Assembly (NCBI GenBank): GCA_963757315.1
Contig: CAVWRD010000011.1
Span: 1,613,682 to 1,677,681 of the forward strand
Length of the DNA: 64,000 nucleotides
Reading direction: 5' to 3'
From: an uncultured Bacteroidota bacterium
GTDB taxonomy: Bacteria > Bacteroidota > Bacteroidia > Chitinophagales > Chitinophagaceae
Positions within the stretch are counted from its first letter, which is position 1. The number at the start of each line of letters is the position of its first letter. This document shows, piece after piece, positions 58,817 to 64,000 of the stretch. Both the position numbers and the translations under genes were made by a program. The notes below the pieces were generated by a model. The model saw only the letters and a program-made list of their open reading frames with translations, was not told the DNA's origin and made no database searches.

Positions 58817-59734
58817 TTAAGCTTCAGTAACTCCTTTATGATTAACAGTCGTAACATACATATGATAGTTCACACCGATCCTGTCATAAACTGATTTCAT
58901 TACGCAGGCAACCGCATGAGCAGTGGGTTCATCTTTACTCAGCATAAATATCGAGGGGCCTGACCCTGAGATGCCGCCTCCGATTGCTCCAGCTGATTTA
59001 CATTCAGACTTGATTTTATCAAATCCCGGAATGAGGATGGATCTCACAGGCTCAATGATGACGTCTTCCAGTGATCTGCCGATGAGTTCATAATCTCCTT
59101 TCATAAGACCGGCCACAAGTCCGCCAATATTTCCCCATTGTCTTATGGCGTCTTTCAGCAGGACTTCTTTTCTTAATATTTCGCGGGCATCAGAAGTCCT
59201 TACTTCAATCTGCGGATGTAAAACGGTTACAAATAAAACCGGAGATGAAATGGGAATAATATCCAGTGGAAAGATTGATCTGATGAGCGTTACACCACCG
59301 TAAATACAGGGGGCTATATTGTCGGCATGTTTAACACCGGAAGCCACTTTTTCGCCGAACATTGCGAAACGTACTAATTCCTCTTTGGTAAAAATATCTC
59401 CAAGAAGTTCGTTCGCGGCAACTACGGCCCCCGCAGCACTGGCTGCACTGGAACCTATTCCGCTACCCGGTTTAATTTGTTTCGTAATAATCACTTCGAA
59501 TCCGATCTCTTCTCTTAAACCCGCCAGCATTTCGATCAATGGAGCACCGGCTGTATTCATAGCCGGATCTGAAGGAAGTGGGAAATTATCAGTCGTGCGA
59601 ATAATCACCTCTCTTTTATCGAGCAACCGAACATTCATGATATCAAAGGGCTCGGCGAGACATAATCCCAACACATCAAAGCCGCAAACCAGGTTTGCAA
59701 CAGTGGCCGGAGCACGAACGGTAATTTCTTTCAT
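58817..59734 (-). CDS. thrB: homoserine kinase
   Basis: GHMP kinase motif PGSGIGSSAASAAG. 305 aa. Confidence 0.9.
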   Translation of the reverse strand: MKEITVRAPATVANLVCGFDVLGLCLAEPFDIMNVRLLDKREVIIRTTDNFPLPSDPAMNTAGAPLIEMLAGLREEIGFEVIITKQIKPGSGIGSSAASAAGAVVAANELLGDIFTKEELVRFAMFGEKVASGVKHADNIAPCIYGGVTLIRSIFPLDIIPISSPVLFVTVLHPQIEVRTSDAREILRKEVLLKDAIRQWGNIGGLVAGLMKGDYELIGRSLEDVIIEPVRSILIPGFDKIKSECKSAGAIGGGISGSGPSIFMLSKDEPTAHAVACVMKSVYDRIGVNYHMYVTTVNHKGVTEA

Positions 59735-59743
59735 AGCGGCAAT

Positions 59744-62188
59744 TTACGTATTGGCTGCCCGAATGATATCGGCAAAAACACCGGAAGCGGTTACATCTGC
59801 ACCAGCACCTGCACCTTTGATCACCAAAGGCTGTTCAGGATAACGATCGGTATAAAATAAAACAATATTGTCTTTCCCGTACAAATGATAAAAATCATGC
59901 GAAGGACCAACATGCTGCAGGCCCACGGAAGCTTTTCCATTTTCATATCCCGCCACAAACTTCAATTTTTTACCTTCTGCAGTTGCAGCGTCCAGTAGTT
60001 TTTTGAAATGCACCTCTTCTTTTGCCATGGCAATATAAAAATCAGAAACTGATCCTTCCATGCAGGCAGTCGGCAGAAAAACCTTATTGCTGATATCCTC
60101 CATCTCAATGGCATTCCCCGCTTCACGGGCAAGAATCATAATCTTTCGCATCACGTCTGTACCGCTCAGATCAAGTCTCGGATCGGGCTCTGTGTAACCT
60201 TCATCCTGCGCCTGTTTTACAACGTCGGCAAATTTGATCTTACCGTCGTAATGATTAAAAACAAAATTAAGCGTACCACTCAGGACGGCTTCGATTTTTC
60301 TTATTTTATCTCCACTTCGCAGCAGGTCGTTGAGGGTACCGATCACCGGTAGTCCCGCACCTACATTGGTTTCAAAATAATATGCAGCGTTGAATTCCTT
60401 CGACAAATCTTTTAGTCTGCGATAATAGACATAAGGTGAAGAACTCGCAATCTTATTACAGGCAACCACCGAAATACTTTTTTGCAGGAGATGTTCATAA
60501 CCAAGCGCTACTTCTTTATTGGCGGTAACATCCACAAAAACCGAATTACGCAGATTTTTGGTATGGATATTTTTGATAAAATCCCGGAGATGCATGGCAT
60601 TTCCTTTCTCCAATTCGCCCTGCCAGTTATTTAAATCTATTCCTTCTTCCTGGATCAGCATATGACGACTGTTTGCAAGGCCTGTAACGCGTACCTGTAG
60701 CCGAAGTTGGTCGAGCAGAAAATGTTTTTGTTGCGATAGTTGTGCGATAAGTCTCTTCCCCACATTACCCGTACCCGTAATAAAAAGATTCAGTTGTTTA
60801 TAGGTCGCTTCAAAAAACTCTTCATGTAAGGAATTTACGGCCTTCTTCACGTCCTTAGTTGAGATGACCGCAGAGATATTTCTTTCGGATGAGCCCTGGG
60901 CAATAGCACGAACATTTATTCCATTGCGGCCCAGTACACCAAATAATTTCCCGCTGATTCCGGGATGACTCTTCATATTGTCGCCTACGAGTGCCACGAT
61001 AGCCAGTTCTTCCTCCACTATCAGTGGCAATACAGTGCCGGCCTGAATCTCAGAAACAAATGCATCGTCGATGGCAATTTTTGCAATTGCAGCCTGTGAG
61101 CTATCCACCCCCACACAAATCGAGTGTTCCGAAGAAGCCTGTGTTATCAGAATCACGTTGATCTGTTGTCTCGACAATGCTTCAAATAATCTTTTTGAAA
61201 AACCGGGAATGCCAATCATTCCACTTCCTTCCAGACTAAGAAGAGCAATTCGGTGGATGCTTGAAATACCTCGAATACTGTTGCCATGTGTAGTAGAAAC
61301 TTTTTCGATCAGGGTGCCAGGGTCTGCGGGTGCAAATGTATTTTTAATCCACACCGGTATTCCTTTATTCATAACCGGCTGAAGTGTCGGAGGATAAATT
61401 ACTTTGGCGCCAAAATGTGAAAGCTCCATTGCCTCCTGGTAAGAAATATCCGGTATAACACGGGCATTAATTACCAGACGCGGGTCGGCTGTCATCATGC
61501 CGGATACATCGGTCCAGATTTCAATTCTCTTACTATTTAATGTGCTGCCGAATATAGCAGCGGTATAATCGGATCCGCCTCTTCCCAATGTTGTTGTTAT
61601 ACCAACTGCATCAGAGGCGATAAATCCGGGTACAATAAAAAGTGAAGCACTGTTATTTTGAAAATAAACATTCATCTTTTTTTGCGTAGATGGAAAATCC
61701 ACTATGGCATGTCCGAATTTTGAATCGGTGATGATCAGTTCACGTGAATCCTTCCAGCTGTTTGGAATTTCCAGTGCAATAAGGCTTGCAGATATGATGC
61801 GGGACGACAATAATTCTCCGAAGCTAAGGACAGCATCTTTAGTGCGGGCTGAAAGTTCCCGGAGTAAAAAAATACCCTTGAAAATATCTTCCAGCTCATT
61901 ACAGGTTTTTTTTACCATGCTGAGAATGCTGCTCTGACTCATAACAGGTATCAGTTCCCGCACCGCGTCGAGATGTCTCTGTTCGATACCTTTCAGAGAT
62001 TCGGTATAATTTTCATCTCCTGCCGCAGCAGCAGAGGCGCAATGCAATAATGTATCTGTAATACCCCCCAGAGCCGAAACTACCACAATCGTTTTATCCT
62101 GATCAATTGCACGTTTGATAATAGCCGTGCATTTACTAATGTTAACCGCGTTGGCTACCGAAGAGCCTCCAAATTTTAAAACCTGCAT
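59744..62188 (-). CDS. thrA: bifunctional aspartokinase / homoserine dehydrogenase
   Basis: MQVLKFGGSSV kinase start, ACT-region repeats, and a C-terminal homoserine dehydrogenase Rossmann motif (ITGTGNVG). 814 aa. Confidence 0.93.
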   Translation of the reverse strand: MQVLKFGGSSVANAVNISKCTAIIKRAIDQDKTIVVVSALGGITDTLLHCASAAAAGDENYTESLKGIEQRHLDAVRELIPVMSQSSILSMVKKTCNELEDIFKGIFLLRELSARTKDAVLSFGELLSSRIISASLIALEIPNSWKDSRELIITDSKFGHAIVDFPSTQKKMNVYFQNNSASLFIVPGFIASDAVGITTTLGRGGSDYTAAIFGSTLNSKRIEIWTDVSGMMTADPRLVINARVIPDISYQEAMELSHFGAKVIYPPTLQPVMNKGIPVWIKNTFAPADPGTLIEKVSTTHGNSIRGISSIHRIALLSLEGSGMIGIPGFSKRLFEALSRQQINVILITQASSEHSICVGVDSSQAAIAKIAIDDAFVSEIQAGTVLPLIVEEELAIVALVGDNMKSHPGISGKLFGVLGRNGINVRAIAQGSSERNISAVISTKDVKKAVNSLHEEFFEATYKQLNLFITGTGNVGKRLIAQLSQQKHFLLDQLRLQVRVTGLANSRHMLIQEEGIDLNNWQGELEKGNAMHLRDFIKNIHTKNLRNSVFVDVTANKEVALGYEHLLQKSISVVACNKIASSSPYVYYRRLKDLSKEFNAAYYFETNVGAGLPVIGTLNDLLRSGDKIRKIEAVLSGTLNFVFNHYDGKIKFADVVKQAQDEGYTEPDPRLDLSGTDVMRKIMILAREAGNAIEMEDISNKVFLPTACMEGSVSDFYIAMAKEEVHFKKLLDAATAEGKKLKFVAGYENGKASVGLQHVGPSHDFYHLYGKDNIVLFYTDRYPEQPLVIKGAGAGADVTASGVFADIIRAANT

Positions 62189-62270
62189 ATAAAAAAATTA
62201 AAAAAAATTGATAGTATAAGCTGTTTTGAATACAGCCTGAGCCCTGGAATGATATGAAATTGTACAACCC

Positions 62271-62360
62271 CTAAAGGGTCGTAATGATAATAGAAATAGT
62301 GACACCGGTTGCGCGGGTAAGAAAAGAGAAATTGTTGATATGGTTAACCGGATAATTCAT
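62271..62360 (-). promoter_or_regulatory. candidate thr-operon leader peptide (29 aa, MNYPVNHINNFSFLTRATGVTISIIITTL)
   Basis: Verified codon by codon on the minus strand. 4 Thr and 4 Ile lie within the last 12 codons. The stop is embedded in the hairpin ACGACCC-TTTAG-GGGTTGT. Lies 82 nt upstream of the thrA ATG. Confidence 0.45.
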
Positions 62361-62507
62361 TTTCAAAGAGCGACAAAGCTAACGAATTATATTAATGAAA
62401 TCGAAACAAATCACGATAATTTATACTATATCAAATGAATTTCCCCATTTGTTTTCATTTTCCGCTTATATATTGCTCGATTTGTTGAATGAATTTTAAA
62501 TTCGCTT

Positions 62508-64000
62508 ATGAATAACCAATCCTCGGGATTGCAGGAGTTTAAAAACCTGGTGGGTATTAAGTTCCAGCTTTACAACAGTTTATTTACATCCCTTCCATTT
62601 CACAGGATAGAAAAAACGGGTATTTTTTTATCTATCCTCCTTACCTACTGTGAAGAAGGATATCACAAAAAACAGAGCCCTGTTCAGATTCTTGAAGAAT
62701 TCTTCAGCAAACACTATCCTGATGGCACCGATCGTGAAAAATCGGATATCCTTTTTCGGTTTGTTCAGTACGTCGAAAGACAGGTTGTACTTTTTGATGC
62801 CCTGGAAGACGCTGCTTTCACTAACGTTAATGATATGGGAGGGCCCGGAACGCTTAAACATCTCTCTTCTGAAATCATTCAGTATGACAAGGAAAAAGAA
62901 CTGAAAGAAAAACTGTCCGACTATGATGTCAGGCTTGTGCTCACAGCGCATCCCACGCAGTTTTATCCGGGTCCGGTGTTAGGTATCATAAACGATCTTT
63001 CACGGGCGGTAATTCAGAACAATGCAGCTGAGATCAACACGTTCATGCAGCAACTGGGTAAGACTCCATTTTTTAAAAAGATAAAACCTACTCCCTATGA
63101 TGAAGCGATTAGCCTGATCTGGTATCTGGAGAATGTTTTTTATCATGCTGCAGGGAAAATTTTGTCATCACTCAAAACCCAGTTTCCGGATGCAGTAAGT
63201 GATAAAAATCCCGTAATCCAGATGGGTTTCTGGCCTGGTGGAGACCGCGACGGCAATCCTTTTGTAAAAACAGAAACAACTATCAGGGTTGCAGACGCTT
63301 TGCGTACAGCCATTTTAAGATGTTATTATTTTGATGTGAGGCGTCTCAAACGCAGGCTGACATTTAAAGAAGTCGATCTGATTATTGCCAATTGGGAAGA
63401 AAGATTATATCAGGAACTATTTACACCGGATCCTACCAAACCTTTTGATCATGGAGATATGCTTGTTTCCATGCTCAAGATTCGGGAAGTGCTGATCTTT
63501 CAGAACAATGGTTTGTTTCTGACAATGGTAGACAATTTCATTAGTAAAATGCGCATATTTGGTCTTCACTTTGCCACACTGGATCTGCGGCAGGAAAGTA
63601 CGGCGCATGAAAAAGTTCTTAAAATAATTAATGACAGGGAAGAAATATTTCCGGTAGACTACGAAACGCTGGGAGAAAAGGAAAAAATAAAAATACTCAC
63701 CCATCTGAAACCGGTTTCAAAGACTCCTTTTGCAGATGAACTCACAAACGACACGCTGGCATCTGTCCGGGCAGTAAAAACGATACAGGAAAAAAATGGC
63801 GAGTCCGGATGTAACCGGTACATTATCAGCCAGTGTAACAAAGCAAGTAACGTGATGGAAGTATATGCTTTATTTTTATTAGGGGGACTTAAAAAAGACC
63901 AGATCAATCTCGACATAGTACCACTTTTTGAAACCGTAGACGACCTACATCATGCAGCGGGCATCATGAAGATCCTTTACACCAATCTGGAATATCGTGC
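62508..64000 (+). CDS. ppc: phosphoenolpyruvate carboxylase, N-terminal part (continues past the right edge)
   Basis: Hand translation from ATG 62508 (in-frame TGA at 62490) is open to the window end. It contains VLTAHPTQ and GFWPGGDRDGNPFV signature motifs. Absent from the ORF track because it has no stop. Confidence 0.88.
   Translation, partial: MNNQSSGLQEFKNLVGIKFQLYNSLFTSLPFHRIEKTGIFLSILLTYCEEGYHKKQSPVQILEEFFSKHYPDGTDREKSDILFRFVQYVERQVVLFDALEDAAFTNVNDMGGPGTLKHLSSEIIQYDKEKELKEKLSDYDVRLVLTAHPTQFYPGPVLGIINDLSRAVIQNNAAEINTFMQQLGKTPFFKKIKPTPYDEAISLIWYLENVFYHAAGKILSSLKTQFPDAVSDKNPVIQMGFWPGGDRDGNPFVKTETTIRVADALRTAILRCYYFDVRRLKRRLTFKEVDLIIANWEERLYQELFTPDPTKPFDHGDMLVSMLKIREVLIFQNNGLFLTMVDNFISKMRIFGLHFATLDLRQESTAHEKVLKIINDREEIFPVDYETLGEKEKIKILTHLKPVSKTPFADELTNDTLASVRAVKTIQEKNGESGCNRYIISQCNKASNVMEVYALFLLGGLKKDQINLDIVPLFETVDDLHHAAGIMKILYTNLEYR

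Noticed and set aside
62628-63916. Minus-strand ORFs 62628..62951, 63417..63704 and 63659..63916, and plus-strand ORF 62650..62904
   Set aside because: All lie within, or in another frame of, the ppc coding region. The ppc frame is open to the window edge and carries PEP carboxylase signature motifs.

Overview
This is a 64-kb chromosomal window from an AT-rich Bacteroidota genome. The taxon call rests on T9SS genes, TAnnTTTG -7 promoter boxes, and the Bacteroidota-typical rpsU-xerC-hpf-tRNA-tuf synteny. All functional calls come from motifs and remembered family signatures only; no searches or folding were run.

Layout:
- 0-22.5 kb holds housekeeping and envelope genes. These are an esterase, a TlpA-like thioredoxin protein, dinB, a CHASE3 histidine kinase, queA, a duplicated ABC ATPase, an AMP-nucleosidase-like gene, a solitary HsdR_N nuclease-fold gene, gdh, ccmD/C/B, tdk and waaA, followed by a sugar-nucleotide cluster (DegT aminotransferase, ugd, uxs, rfbB, rfbC, rfbD).
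- 23-43 kb is an accessory envelope/T9SS region. An ECF sigma lies tail-to-tail with a membrane-anchored TPR-CHAT protease. That protease sits at the end of an apparent operon: a 1495-aa PKD-repeat type-B-CTD cargo, PorP/SprF, a lipoprotein, then CHAT. Next come tRNA-Gln and tyrS, then a PorV-like / 1687-aa PorU-like clan-CD peptidase / GT-C-like membrane protein operon.
- 43-56 kb is the conserved translation superoperon: rpsU, xerC, hpf, tRNA-Thr/Tyr/Gly/Thr, tuf, tRNA-Trp, secE, nusG, rplKAJL, rpoB.
- 56-64 kb holds two secreted paralogs, thrCBA (minus strand) with a candidate Thr/Ile-rich leader peptide, and the 5' part of ppc.

Departures from the expected picture:
- rpoB ends in a strong terminator and rpoC is not downstream.
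- A Lys/Ala-rich H1-like gene and a 17-copy heptamer array are inserted between nusG and rplK.
- Several families of 7-nt (and one 11-nt) tandem repeats occupy intergenic spacers.
- rfbB and rfbD each carry a 1-nt homopolymer frameshift.

I saw no CRISPR array, transposase, phage module or rRNA.
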